A stretch of 64,000 bases of DNA from Eledone cirrhosa (GCA_964016885.1 CAXHJY010000830.1:186001-250000); one strand, 5' to 3'; positions 1-11,911 are shown, numbered from the stretch's first letter. Numbers and translations are program-made. Notes: generated by a model not told the origin, from the letters alone.

Positions 1-124
1 TTTTCACTTACATACATTCAGACTTATAAAATAGAAAATTAACAAAGTTAAGTTGACATTTTTTGAATTAATGACCTCGTTTGTCTCCTCATTTTCAGTG
101 AAAATGGATTTTAAATGCACCAAC

Positions 125-575
125 ACCACCATCATTACTGTTTAACATCTATTTTCTATGCTTGCATGAATTAGCCAGGCTGTCATGTTATGATGCTAGA
201 CAGTTCAAGTGACCCAATTTTCTTGATATGATCCCCTTCTGGTTTGGTTTTCAACAATTGGATGTCCTTCCTAATACCAACCACTTTACAGCACTTACTG
301 GGAACTTTTTCTGGTACCAGTATAACCACCTGACAGTGTGGAATGTATGCTTTTTGTTGTGGCACCAGAATGAACAGCTTACAAGGTGGACTAGGTGCTG
401 TTTTGTTGTGACATCAGACATCAGAATGACCATCTTGCAGGGTGGACTGGATATTTTTTGTTGTGGTACCAGCATAGCCACCTTACAGGGTGGACTGGAT
501 GCTTTTTGTTGTGGCACCAGCATAACCATTTTCCAGAGTGAACTAGAGGTATTTTGTTGTGACACTAAACATAAA
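125..575 (-). mobile_element. Old RTE-tail-derived element containing a ~48-bp tandem array
   Basis: Reverse complement of the RTE 3' module (ggatgtccttcctaataccaaccactttaca) followed by ~6 diverged units like cagcatagccaccttacagggtggactggatgctttttgttgtggcac. Confidence 0.6.
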
Positions 576-589
576 ACAAGGATTACCAT

Positions 590-737
590 ATGATTAGGAA
601 GTTTGCTTTGAAATACTGAGTCCCAAGTAAGATCCCTCTGTACAGCATCTTAGGCAAGTATTATTTACTAAAACCTTGGATACTCCCATGTTTTATAGAA
701 GAAATTGTGTAGATAGAAATTGAATGAAGCCTGTTGG
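590..737 (+). mobile_element. Degenerate tRNA-derived SINE (second family)
   Basis: Similar by eye to copies at ~7106-7215, 30891-31041 and 44298-44570 (ttaagaagtttgc...ggcaagt...tgccttgtgagtgaa...agaaactga..gaagcc). Confidence 0.5.
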
Positions 738-1776
738 ATGGATTGAATGAAACCTGTTGTCACACTATGTTAAACAGATTCCACTTGAGAATTATACTAC
801 ACATGTCTGTGGCATACTCAGAAACTTCACATCAATACAATGTGTAGGTCATTTAATCAATCAAACAACTGAACACTCATTATTCTCGATAGCAGAATCC
901 ATAAAATAAAATCATAAAAAGACCTAATACTTTATGAAAACTACTTAAATAAACAAGAATATTCGCAAAAGCATAAGGAAAAGGAATAATATAATCATTT
1001 GGGGGGAGTAAGTCAGATATTTTATTTTTAATATTAGATTTCTGAAGCAACCCTTTTTACTGTATTTTATTTTCATTTGCAAGTCATCATAATATAAGTA
1101 AAAACATTTCTCTACAGTTAAAATTATTACCCAATCTGTCCTGATGAAAAAAAATCATGCATGTATATATAGCATGGGACTATATGAGGGCTTTGAAAAA
1201 GTAATTGCAATGAATATTCTAACTGAATTGCTGATGGGGATAAATGCAGGATAAACATGAACCGAAAAGGAGTGTTGCTGATTGAATAAATAATGAGCAG
1301 AGTTTGTTGTGAGAGATAGAGCCTAGCAATAAAATAGACAGGCGGCATTAGTAGGTTCATGGAGAGAGATCTTCTAAATAGAACAATAACAAAGAGAAAT
1401 AAACAATAACGAGTTTGGCACGTGGTGAAAAAAATGCTAGGGTAAGCATATGGAATATTGTGTATTTGAAGGACAGAAGCTTCAAACAGTGATATATCTC
1501 TTGCAAAAAAAAACCCCAAAAAACTAACAGATTTGTAAAAAATTTACACCAGTTTATGCCATTTATTATATTGTTTAAAAATGTTATTGTCATTAGGTAA
1601 GCCCTATGATAATGAATCTAGTAAACTATGAAATTCGGAAATAGAAGAAAATAAAGTTAGAAATCTTCATCAATTTACATCAGTTAAGCATGCAGGTACA
1701 AGTGTGGAGAGGTCATCATGGTTCAAGACCTAAGCAGTTCAGAAAATCCTGTCATGCTCATAGATTCCATTACATA

Positions 1777-2060
1777 TCTATCTATATATTACTAAAATTC
1801 TGTGATTGCTTGCGTGCTTGTCCGCAATGTAATACACCCAAAAGGGTGCACAATGGGAAAATACTTTGAAAGGAAGTTGCCTCTGAAATGGAATACAAAT
1901 GTAATAAAACAAGTTTTGAGTAAATCGAAGCACGGGTTCCTGAGATATGGTGTTTTCTGGGTACCTTCATAAACGGATAGAAAGAGAAAGTGGTTGTGAG
2001 AGAGACATAAAGAGAGGGAGAGGAGACAGAGAATGAAAGAGAGAGAGCTGGTGGTGTTCT

Positions 2061-2116
<56 letters not shown>

Positions 2117-2236
2117 TGTGTGTGTATATATATATATGTGTGTGTGTGAGTATGGCCAGGTCACAAACACCGACATATATATATATATATATATACCCAC
2201 ACACACTCACACACATACATATATATATGTATACAA

Positions 2237-2302
<66 letters not shown>

Positions 2303-2415
2303 TACACACGTGTATATATATGGACTTTCCCGTTTCATTTCACATTATATACATGTCTGTGTTTATTCTAATTATTTTTAAGTAAATATGACCCAACAGG
2401 TCATGGGTGGTCTAG
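1777..2415 (+). mobile_element. Non-autonomous Helitron-like element with internal microsatellites
   Basis: 5' A|TCTATCTATATATTACTAAAA; 3' hairpin atgacc-caaca-ggtcat (2388-2404), then CTAG (2412-2415)|T; no TSD. Confidence 0.65.
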
Positions 2416-2419
2416 TATG

Positions 2420-2451
<32 letters not shown>

Positions 2452-2506
2452 TGTATGTATGTATGTATGTATATGTATGTATGTATATATATATATATAT
2501 ATATAT

Positions 2507-3969
2507 AGAATTAACAACGAATATAGTGAAGAGTTTAGCGTAAAAGTTGGTGTTCATCAGGGCTCCGTCCTTAGCCCCCTCCTATTTATTATTGCCCTTC
2601 AGGCTATAACAGTGGAGTTCAAGACCGACTGCCCATGGGGACTCCTATACGCAGATGATCTAACGCTCATAGCTGAATCAATGGCTGAACTAGAGAAGAA
2701 ATTCCAAACATGGAAGCATGGCTTAGAATCAAAAGGCCTTAAAGTTAACCTGCCTAAGACTAAAGTTCTAGTTTGTAGGTAGGAAAATAGGGCACTGGTC
2801 CCATCTGGGAAATAGCCATGCTCAGTGTGTAGGAAAGGAGTTGGTAGAAACTCCATTTTATGTTCCAAATGCAAAGTGTGGGTGCATAAAAGATGTAGTG
2901 GGATCACAGGTAAGCTAACTAAGAATCTAGATTGTATATGTGGCCGGTGCTCTGGTGCAATAAGTAGCAGCAAGTGCCCACAGAATACTAGCTCATTCCA
3001 TTGCACAGATGGTTCTATAGAAATAGTGGACACCTTCCGTTACCTGGGTGACAAAACCAGCAGTGGTGGAGGGTACTCTGAAAGTACAGTAGCTAGAGTT
3101 AGAACGGGATGGAAAAAGTTCAGAGAGCTTGTACCACTATTGGCCGCTAAATGTTTCTCTCTAAAAATGAAAGGCAGGCTGTATGATGCCTGCATACGAA
3201 CAGCAATGTTACATGGCAGTGAGACTTGGGCATTGTGTGCAGAGGATATATGCAGACTGGAGAGGAACGAAGCTTGCATGCTCCGTTGGATGTGTAATAG
3301 TAATATACGTGAACGGCAAAGCATAAATGAACTAAGGGAGAAATTAGGAATAAGAGGGATCAGATGTTGTTTACTACGTTGGTATGGTCATGTGATGTGC
3401 ATGAAAGATGACAGCTGTATAAAAAGGTGCAGGGCGATAAAAATAGACGGTAGCCACGGAGTAGACAGACCAAGAAAAACCTGGAACGACTTGATAAATT
3501 CCGACCTCACACACTTACACCTCTCCAAGACAATGTCACAGGACCGAGATCTTTGGCGCTACACAGTAATACAGAAGACCTGCCTTGTACAAAGCGAAAC
3601 TTACAGTCAGTAGGCACCTCTTAACAAAATATACATCCGTCCCACTACCCCCACCCCATCCACACCACCCCTTTTGATGTAAAGTTATGTTGGTACCACA
3701 AAATCCAGTCCGAAATAAATGAGATCGTGTAGGTGTCACGACAAAAACACACACAGTCGACGCTGTAATGTGGCCGTGTAGGTAACACGGTAAAAACCTC
3801 CCAGTCCACACTGTAAACGTGGTCGGTGTTAGGAAGGGCATCCAGCCGTAGAAAACCCGCCAGACAGCCCTATACAAGCAAGACAACCAATCTTGCCTCA
3901 AGTGGGAAAATTCCCGTCCAAACCCATGCAAGCGTGGAAGATGGACATTAAATGATGATGATGATGATA
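2507..3969 (+). mobile_element. RTE-clade LINE, subfamily A, 5'-truncated and disrupted
   Basis: GVHQGSVLSPLLF, YADD, C4HC3 finger, FRYLG, WYGHV, RPRKTW motifs; in-frame stops near 2780 and 2815; 3' UTR and (GAT)n tail. Confidence 0.95.
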
Positions 3970-4012
3970 TCATCATCATCATCATCATTTAACGTCCATC
4001 TTCCACGCTTGC

Positions 4013-4015
<3 letters not shown>
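3970..4015 (-). mobile_element. Very short inverted RTE 3' stub, tail-to-tail with the preceding copy
   Basis: (cat)n-ttaacgtccatcttccacgcttgcat is the reverse complement of ~3926-3969. Confidence 0.85.
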
Positions 4016-4044
<29 letters not shown>

Positions 4045-5063
4045 GTATGTATATATATATATATAACCAATTTAAAGTAAGATTTAATACCCACAAACAC
4101 AGTTTTAAAAATGCTGCATTAGCTAATACAACATCCTTGGCTGAAATAATTAATAATTATAGAAAAAAGAATATCGATTATAACCTGACCTGGAGTGTGC
4201 TCAAAATAACAGATATGAGTGTAGATTATGTTCCCAGGAATTTTTTGAAATAATGAAATCTAAGGATATCCTATTAAATAAGCGACAAGAATTAATTATA
4301 TCGTGCAATCATAGAATTAGAAGAACTTTCAAATATTATAAATCTAATTAATATACACTTTTATTTTACAAATTATTATAATTGGTTTTTTTAAATTTAG
4401 TTAACCTATAATTAGTATTTTACTACTGAGAACTTCATAATTTTATTTCCCTTTTACAGCTATCTTTTCCTAAAATTAATACCTATAAGTATACATATAA
4501 ACTATTTTAATTTCTTGTTATGAATCTAAATTCTTTGTAGTCTATATAAATTTATTATTTCTGACTAATACATTTACGCCCCCCCAAAAAAAATGTTTCC
4601 TTCGTTTTTAACAACATTCTTTAATAACATCTAACTGAATTAATATAAATTTATCCCTATAAGTATACCTATCAATTAAATTAATTTAATTTCTTTTTAT
4701 AGATCTAAATTCCTTATGTTTTTAATAAGATTGGTATTTCTCACTAACACATTTATCCTAAAATTTTATTCTCCTTCGATTTTAACATTAGCATTATTCT
4801 TTAATAACATCAAATTTTCGTGTACCTTTCACCAGCTTGACCTCTTTTCATCCCCAAAGTAATCTTTTCATTCAAAGTATTATTTCCATTCAAAACTGAA
4901 GTCTGCATTCCTCTACCCCTAAATTAAATTTCTACTACTACTATTCTATCAACTTGACCACTTACTACTCTTCTATTGGTCAATTCAAAACCTGTTCCCA
5001 AACAGACCTATTATATTAAATCTTTGTTGGTGTTTTTCAATAAACAAATATCATTATTTCTCA

Positions 5064-5239
5064 TTGGCAGTATCGCTAGAGGGTCGGACGCCATGCTTTG
5101 ACACATAGAGTTACGGCCCTTATCATTCTGAGTTCAAATCCCGCCGAGGTTAACTTTGCCTTTCATCCTTACGGGGTCGATAAAATAAAGTACTAGTAAT
5201 GTACTGGGTAATTGCTGGCCTTGTGCCAAAAGTAGAAAC
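5064..5239 (+). mobile_element. Young tRNA-derived SINE with Meta/MESC-type core
   Basis: B-box gagttcaaatccc; core actttgcctttcatccttacggggtcgataaaataaagtac; near-identical copies elsewhere in the window. Confidence 0.9.
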
Positions 5240-5243
5240 AAAT

Positions 5244-5371
5244 ATTTCTGAAGACAGCATATATATGTGTAGGTATGTATATTCCCTCTGACAGTTTGTA
5301 AAATGTTTACATAGATCTATATGATATAGATACCAACACACACATATATATCCTAGAAACGATTGTAAAAT
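5244..5371 (+). ncRNA. Candidate type I hammerhead ribozyme with a ~100-nt extended stem II
   Basis: attt-CTGAAGA(5248-5254)-[atatatatgtgt/acacatatatat, ggtat/atacc, tatat/atata pairings]-GAAA(5356-5359)-CGATTG-TA-aaat; lies at the 3' end of the PLE. Confidence 0.65.
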
Positions 5372-5414
5372 GATGAATTTTTTAATATAAGGAACTGTTT
5401 CTTTGTTTTTATGA

Positions 5415-5461
<47 letters not shown>

Positions 5462-5758
5462 TGTTCATTTTCCCATGCTGGCATGGCTTTAATGGGCCAC
5501 TACACAATACTTAATCACAACTATTACCTTCCCTGATGGGCTATGGGCCACACCATGGATAAATCTAATTTTGGCATTGTTTCTACTATGAATGCTCTTT
5601 CTAATGCCAACCACTTTACAGAGTGTATTTTAAATAGGTGCATCATATCGTTGCACAAACCCAAGAGTGTTTGTCAGGTCATTAACTTCATTGAAAACTG
5701 GAGAGTCCTCTCTACTCAGTTTAATGCTAACCACATCATGAATTATGCATAGTATATT

Positions 5759-5788
5759 TTAAAGGTGCACCAACAGTGGGGAGGGTGC
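5759..5788 (-). CDS. Candidate short terminal exon of an unidentified host gene (APSPLLVHL* if phase 0)
   Basis: Preceded on the minus strand by ~146 nt of pyrimidine-rich sequence with no AG; AAG acceptor; no homology recognised. Confidence 0.2.
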   Translation of the reverse strand, partial: APSPLLVHL

Positions 5789-8002
5789 CTTGTTTCACGG
5801 CAAACATATTCAGGAGTGAGAATAGAGGTGAGAGGTGAAGTAAGATGGAACAGAGATGCATGACCAGTGCAATGGGAGCGAAAGTGTGATGTGAAGAAAA
5901 ATAATAAAAAGTTACGGTTTAGGGGCCGATTACATGCTCATGTAACAAATGCTTGTGTGTGTGTTTTTGTGTATATGTATGGATATATATATTATCTTAA
6001 TTTTATATCCATTTCTCCACACTGTCTTGGATTGTGTATGTGGGTGTGTGTGTGTGCCTGTGTACATGTGCACATACGATGTGCACACAACAAGGCTTAT
6101 CAAAGAAAAAAAAAATCCAATTATTTTCCCAATTCTTTATATAGAAATAACTCGTTTACTGAACATTACCAGAGGAACTCCAATGCATGTGTAATAGTTG
6201 TGTTAAGATATTTTCTTATGTAATTCATCCATATTTTCCTTCTACAAAATGAAATTTAAAAAAAATTTCTTTTTTCAATATTCCTTCTTAATTGTTCCTT
6301 AAATCCAATAGAAAATTGGCAAATATAATCTTTAGCAGTGCAAGAAATAGAGATATTTTTTAAAAGATTGAAAAACAGTAACCTTTTATTTTGTCAAAAC
6401 CTATTTCTGTAGAAATGGCAATATAAGTGTCATATTCTGTTTTATTATGTGATTTTGCGAAGGCAGCAAAAATGGAAAAGTTATTATGATGCCGGTATTT
6501 GTTCTGGCACACTGTTATCTCAGTTGAAATCCTCACAAGTTCAACTTTGTTGTTTTTCATCATTTGATAAAAAAGAATCAGCCCAGGAGTAAGTTAACTA
6601 ATAAAACTGTTGATGAGTGAATATCTGATCCAGCTCTGTGCACCCAGTCTTAAAATTCCCCCCTCCTTCCAATTGTAACGCCTGACAGATAGTACACTGT
6701 ATTAACAATGGAATTATCAATGGAAACACCGTTTCCTTGGTCTGGTTTGACAGTTGCACCCTTCTCATTTCCTTTGTATACCATGAGATGAAAGTCATAT
6801 ACCTTTCTTTAACCTTTATTTCCACAACACACACACAAGCACACTTTCATCTCTAGCCTCAGGGATGTTGTTTCTGAAATTGCAAAATTAATGACTGAAG
6901 ATTAATATCCAATAGTAAATATATAAATGATTGTTTCTAAGTTGTATTCTATATTGGCCCCACAGCTAAATATTCAGATGAAAATGAGAATCAATTGCTT
7001 TAGCTACTCTTAACTTTAGCCAACAAAATATATGACCAAGCCAATTATTTCAATAGAACAAATGCAAAGGCATAAGCATGTATATGTGAATGTATGTAAA
7101 TATTTGTGTGGCTAAGAAGTTCACATTACACCATGTCATTACAGTTTTTATTCCACTGCACAGCAACTCCAGTTGAAAAATGCCTTGTGAGTGAAATTCA
7201 ATAAAAACTATCATGTATATATCTGTGCAAGCATGGAAAAATAAACAATGTAATAGGTGGTGAATTGGCAAAGTCATTAAAACATTGGACAGAATGCTTT
7301 GCAGTATTCATTCTGGCACTCTTCTTTCAAGGTACTAGTCTAGTACTCTATATCTCTTTTGTACTTCCTTTCTCTCATTCTTTATTCTTCTCTGGAAGAA
7401 AACTGCTGTGTTTAGACTGGAGAGATGGGCTCTGCCGTGTTTATAACTACTAAGGAAACACTATGTCAATATGGGGCTCCTAATACACAATCAGGAGTTA
7501 TGGGTCCATAAATAAATATAAATTATCATCATCGTTTAAAGTCTGTTTTTCATTCTGACTTGGGTTCAGTGAGTCATCATAAGTCAATTCATTACTTAAT
7601 CAGAACTACTGCACTCCCAGGTGGACTAGGGCCAATACCTGTGCTTTAAAATGGTTTCTACTGATATAAAGTTGGAGTGTTGGCAAACCTAGTCATTTGA
7701 TAAACACCAATCAATAAATAAGTAACAGATTAAATGTTGGGGTCAATATAACCAAATAAAAAAATACATGTTGGTGGTCCAGCGTGGCATTAATTATTGT
7801 GGTTAAAACAATCTATAGAAATGTATATACAGTCTGTTCTGCCAATGAAAGAGAACAAAATACATACAGAGATTACCAATCTCTATCATGAAACTAAAGA
7901 AACATACCTATAAAATTTGAAATCTTAACATGAATAAATATACACTCTACCACATGTTTTAGATACTCTCTGTCTTGTTTAATACCTAAAATAATTTACT
8001 CT

Positions 8003-10001
8003 CATCATCATCAACGTTTAACGTCCGTGTTCCACGCTTGCATGGGTTTGGACGGGGGGTTTTCCTACTTGAGGCAAGAGTGATTGTCTTGCTCGCATAG
8101 GACTGTCTGGCAGGTTTTCTACAGTTGGATGCCCTTCCTAACACCAACCACATTTACAGTGTGGGTCTGGGAGGTTTTTACCGTGTTGCCTACACGGCCA
8201 CATTACAGCGTGGACTGTGTGTTTTTTTGTCGTGACACCTACACGATCTCATTTGTTTCGGCCTGGTTGGTGTGGCACCAACACAACTTTACATAGAAGG
8301 GGGTGGTGTGGATGGGGTGGGGGGGGGGGGGGGTGTATTTTGTTAGAGATGCCTACTAACTGTAGTAGGTTTTACTATGTATTTAGGTAAGGCGGGTCTT
8401 CTCTATTACTGAGTACCGCCAAAGGTCTCGGTCCAGTGACATTGTCTTGGAGAGGTGTAAGTGTGTGAGGTCGGAGTTTATCAGCTCGTCCCAGGTTTTT
8501 CTAGGTCTGCCTATTCCGTGGCTACCGTCTATCTTTATTGCCCTGCACTTTGTTATACAGCTATCGACTTTCATGCGCATCACGTGTCCATACCAATGTA
8601 GCCTTCTCTCGAGTAAACAACATCTGATCCCTCTTATTTCTAATTTTTTCCTTAGTTCGTTTATGCTTTGCCGTTCACGTATATTACTATTACACATCCA
8701 GTGGAGCATGCAAGCTTCGTTCCTCTCTAGTCTGCGTATATCCTCTGCACACAATGCCCAGGTCTCACTGCCATGCAACATTGCTGTTCGTATGCAGGCA
8801 TCATACAACCTGCCTTTCATTTTTAGGGAGAACCCTTTAGCGGCTAATAGTGGTATAAGCTCTCTGAACCTTTTCCATCCAGTTCTGACTCTAGCTACTG
8901 TACTTTCAGAGCACCCTCCCCCACTGCTGATTTTGTCACCCAGGTAACGGAAGCTGTCCACTATTTCTATAGAGCCCTCTGCGCAGTTGAAAGAGCTAGT
9001 ATTTTGTGGGCACTTGCTGCTACTTATTGCACCAGAGCACCGGCCACATGTAAAATCTATGTTCTTAGTTAGCTTACCTGTGATCCCACTACATCTTTTA
9101 TGCACCCATACTTTGCATTTCTGACACAAAATGGAGTTTCTACCTACGCCTTTCCTACACACTGAGCATGGCCACTTCCCGGAAGGGACCGCCGCCTTAT
9201 TTTCTTTCCTACAAACTAGAACTTTGCTCTTAGCCAGATTAATTTTAAGGCCTTTTGATTCTAGGCCGTGCTTCCATGTTTGGAATTTCTTCTCTAGTTC
9301 GGTCATTGATTCAGCTATGAGTGTTAGGTCGTCTGCGTATAGGAGTTCCCATGGGCAGCCGGTCTTGAACTCCTCTGTTATAGCCTGAAGGGCAATAATA
9401 AATAGGAGGGGGCTGAGAACAGAGCCCTGATGGACACCAACTTTTACGCTAAACTCTTCACTATATTCGTTGGTAATTCTAACCTTGCTGACTGTTTCTT
9501 TATACATGGCTTGTATAGCTCTCACAAGCCATTCGTCGACACCTAGTTTTCTAAGAGCCCACCAGATAATGGAACGGGGGACTCTGTCGAAGGCTTTCTC
9601 CAAGTCGACAAAAGCTAAGTAGAGGGGTTTACTTTTAGCTAGGTACTTCTCCTGTAGTTGTCGTACAATGAAAAGAGCGTCTGTGGTACTTTTGCCTGAC
9701 ACAAACCCGAACTGCATTTCATCTAGGTCAATTCTCTCTCTGATTAGTTGCGCTATTACTTTTTCCGTGACCTTCATGACCTGGTCGATTAATTTAATGC
9801 CTCTATAGTTACTCCTATCTAGAGCATCTCCTTTACCCTTATAACAGTTAACGATGATGCTGCTACGCCAGTCCTTCAGAACAACCCCATTCTATACGAC
9901 TTGGTTAACTATCCGGGTGACCATGGTGTGTCCCACCGTGCCAGATGCCTTCAGCATCTCAGCAACTATTTCCGAAGGCCCAGCTGCCTTACCCATCTTC
10001 A
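8003..10001 (-). mobile_element. RTE-clade LINE, subfamily A, 5'-truncated
   Basis: RT ORF, 3' UTR, (GAT)n tail; 6-bp TSD tactct at 7997-8002 and 10002-10007. Confidence 0.97.
8383..9777 (-). CDS. RTE reverse transcriptase (partial ORF with PHD-like insert)
   Basis: QFGF, FVDLEKAFDRVP, GVHQGSVLSPLLF, LLYADD, CSVC..CQKC..HKRC..CGRC, FRYLG. Confidence 0.95.
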   Translation of the reverse strand: MKVTEKVIAQLIRERIDLDEMQFGFVSGKSTTDALFIVRQLQEKYLAKSKPLYLAFVDLEKAFDRVPRSIIWWALRKLGVDEWLVRAIQAMYKETVSKVRITNEYSEEFSVKVGVHQGSVLSPLLFIIALQAITEEFKTGCPWELLYADDLTLIAESMTELEKKFQTWKHGLESKGLKINLAKSKVLVCRKENKAAVPSGKWPCSVCRKGVGRNSILCQKCKVWVHKRCSGITGKLTKNIDFTCGRCSGAISSSKCPQNTSSFNCAEGSIEIVDSFRYLGDKISSGGGCSESTVARVRTGWKRFRELIPLLAAKGFSLKMKGRLYDACIRTAMLHGSETWALCAEDIRRLERNEACMLHWMCNSNIRERQSINELRKKLEIRGIRCCLLERRLHWYGHVMRMKVDSCITKCRAIKIDGSHGIGRPRKTWDELINSDLTHLHLSKTMSLDRDLWRYSVIEKTRLT

Positions 10002-10709
10002 TACTCTATGTATATAAAGTGTGCGTGTGTGTGTGTGTGTGTGTGTGCGCGCGCATGTTAGAAAAGGATGGACAGCACACATGAACTTTTCCATGTAATG
10101 GTGTGTATAAGGGAGAGAAAAAAGCAGGAGCCCTGCATGAATGGATTTCATTAAAGCCACTCAAGGGCCATGTAGGTATACATACATATATGACAGAAAA
10201 ATACTTTGTCAATTATTTGGGTACTAGTAGACTACAAATGCATGGGAGTATAATAACCAGAGAAATAAAATATGCCAGTTTGCAAAAGAGATGGATGATG
10301 ATGATGATTATGAATTGTTTTTAAATGTAGGCATTAGGCCAGAAATTTTAGGGAGGACTTAGTTGATTAAATCGCCTACATTACTTGAAATTCATTGCTT
10401 GAATTTCATTGATTTTATAAAGAAAGTTAATCTTTTGCAGGATTTAGATTCAGAAAGTAAAGAGCCCAAACAAATGCCAAAAGGCATTTTGTCAGATATT
10501 CTAATAATATTGTCACTTAAGGGAAGTAGAATTTAGTTTAACAATACATATTCCATGAGCGAATCTAATTTGCAATTTCGATAAAAGAAGCATAGTCTTG
10601 GAATTTTAAAGAGCCACAGTTGTATTTTGAGTATAAAACTACTTGCTTTAACATTTATTGTAGAATCAACCAGAAACAAGATCCCCTTTCGTCATTCATA
10701 AAAATATGT

Positions 10710-10927
10710 TTAAACCTTTAATGTTCAAACCGGCCAGAATTCTCTACCTCTTTCTGTTGAAACTGGCTGTAACTGCCCACCCATACTGATGTTAAGGTAT
10801 TGTTCTCAAAATAAATACTTTCAAAGTCTCATAGATTCGATATTATGTGAGATAATTATGCGAGATAAAGCCTTTACCATGAAAATATAATAATATATAT
10901 AGAATAATGTGAATGCTAAAGGGTTAA
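10710..10927 (+). mobile_element. TTAA-flanked (piggyBac-type) MITE
   Basis: TTAA-(a)ccttta...taaaggg-TTAA termini; inverted copy at 14389-14606. Confidence 0.8.
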
Positions 10928-11489
10928 GAAGACCCCCCCCAAAAAAAAAAAAAATCACACTTAATCCTGAAGACATACTTGAAATCAATTTCAGTTAAAG
11001 TTATGTTACAGAATACTTTTATTAAGAATAGATTAATTTGCAAGAGCTCCATTTAATAACATTTAAATTTGCTGACAGAAGACAAATTTTCTCTAAAGTT
11101 TTATGAATAAACCATCCCATTGAAACACTAGCCAAGTCCAGTTTATCCGACAGTGAATATGATACCAAACCAATTTCAAAATTAGCATGTAATTGATTTA
11201 TAACGCATTTCCCAAAAGCTTACATAATCGGAAATAAGACATAAATCAGGGATAAACTTTGGCAGTATCGGTCAAGAAAGCCAGTGTTTAGCTTCATTAA
11301 AGATATAACTTAATGGTAACCCTAACCCCTGCTCTGTATGTCTCGTAGCAGAGTTTCAAAATCATTCATTCGTAACTGCTTACAGCATTAACAAACCATC
11401 CCTTTTGAAATTTGTTCAGAATTTCTTCAATGAAGGAAACTGCTTAGATTTCAATTGATAATATATCTAATTCTATCTGCTCTGCATAC

Positions 11490-11537
11490 CTCCAATATTC
11501 TAAGTAACCTGGCTTTTCAAACGAGATTGCATCACAA
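11490..11537 (-). CDS. Candidate 48-nt cassette exon of the host gene (..CDAISFEKPGYLEYW..)
   Basis: atacag| acceptor after a ~57-nt AG-free stretch containing TGCATG; AG|gtatgc donor; length divisible by 3 with one open frame; embedded in unique sequence. Confidence 0.3.
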
Positions 11538-11911
11538 CTGTATTAAATGTAATGATCATGCATAAAGACCAAAAAATATTTAAGCCATGAGCATTACTGG
11601 TACCCAATTATTGGTCATTAATTTTTTTTTTTCTTTTGGATTCAATTATATGTAATTTTCAGAGTATGTTTGCACATGTTCACTTCAAGTATCCTTGTCC
11701 TTGTAATACATTCATACAGAAATGTCTGCATGTCCTGATTTATTTTGGCTAACACTATCACATTTTCAAGGAATGTCATTCTTAGAACCTCCATTTGCCA
11801 CTCATTATGTTGCTGCTTTCATGTAAAGACTTAATTATTCATACATGCTTCTTTAAGATACTAAATGATAGAAATGCATTTCATTATATCCAAGATTATA
11901 TGAAGGAATGA

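Larger units (their letters stand above)
4065..5418 (+). mobile_element. Penelope-like element (Naiad-type) 3' fragment: GIY-YIG C-terminus plus 3' UTR/pLTR, interrupted by a SINE
   Basis: FKVRFNTHKHSFKNAALANTTSL..YNLTWSV, ECRLCSQE, LLNKRQELIISCNHR match the ORF at 57398-58867; ~180-bp tandem duplication at ~4450-4815; hammerhead near the 3' end. Confidence 0.85.

Noticed and set aside
280-575. CRISPR-like spacing of ~48-bp repeats
   Set aside because: Whole units are diverged tandem copies with no unique spacers, there are no cas genes, and the context is eukaryotic
1131-1141. 10-nt minus-strand microexon (cag|GACAGATTGG|gtaata); similar 10-13 nt case at ~35095-35107
   Set aside because: Not frame-preserving, and such motifs arise by chance; unsupported without RNA data
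10962-10996. CTGAAGA..GAAA hammerhead-like string
   Set aside because: No stem II pairing, no valid stem III, and no PLE context
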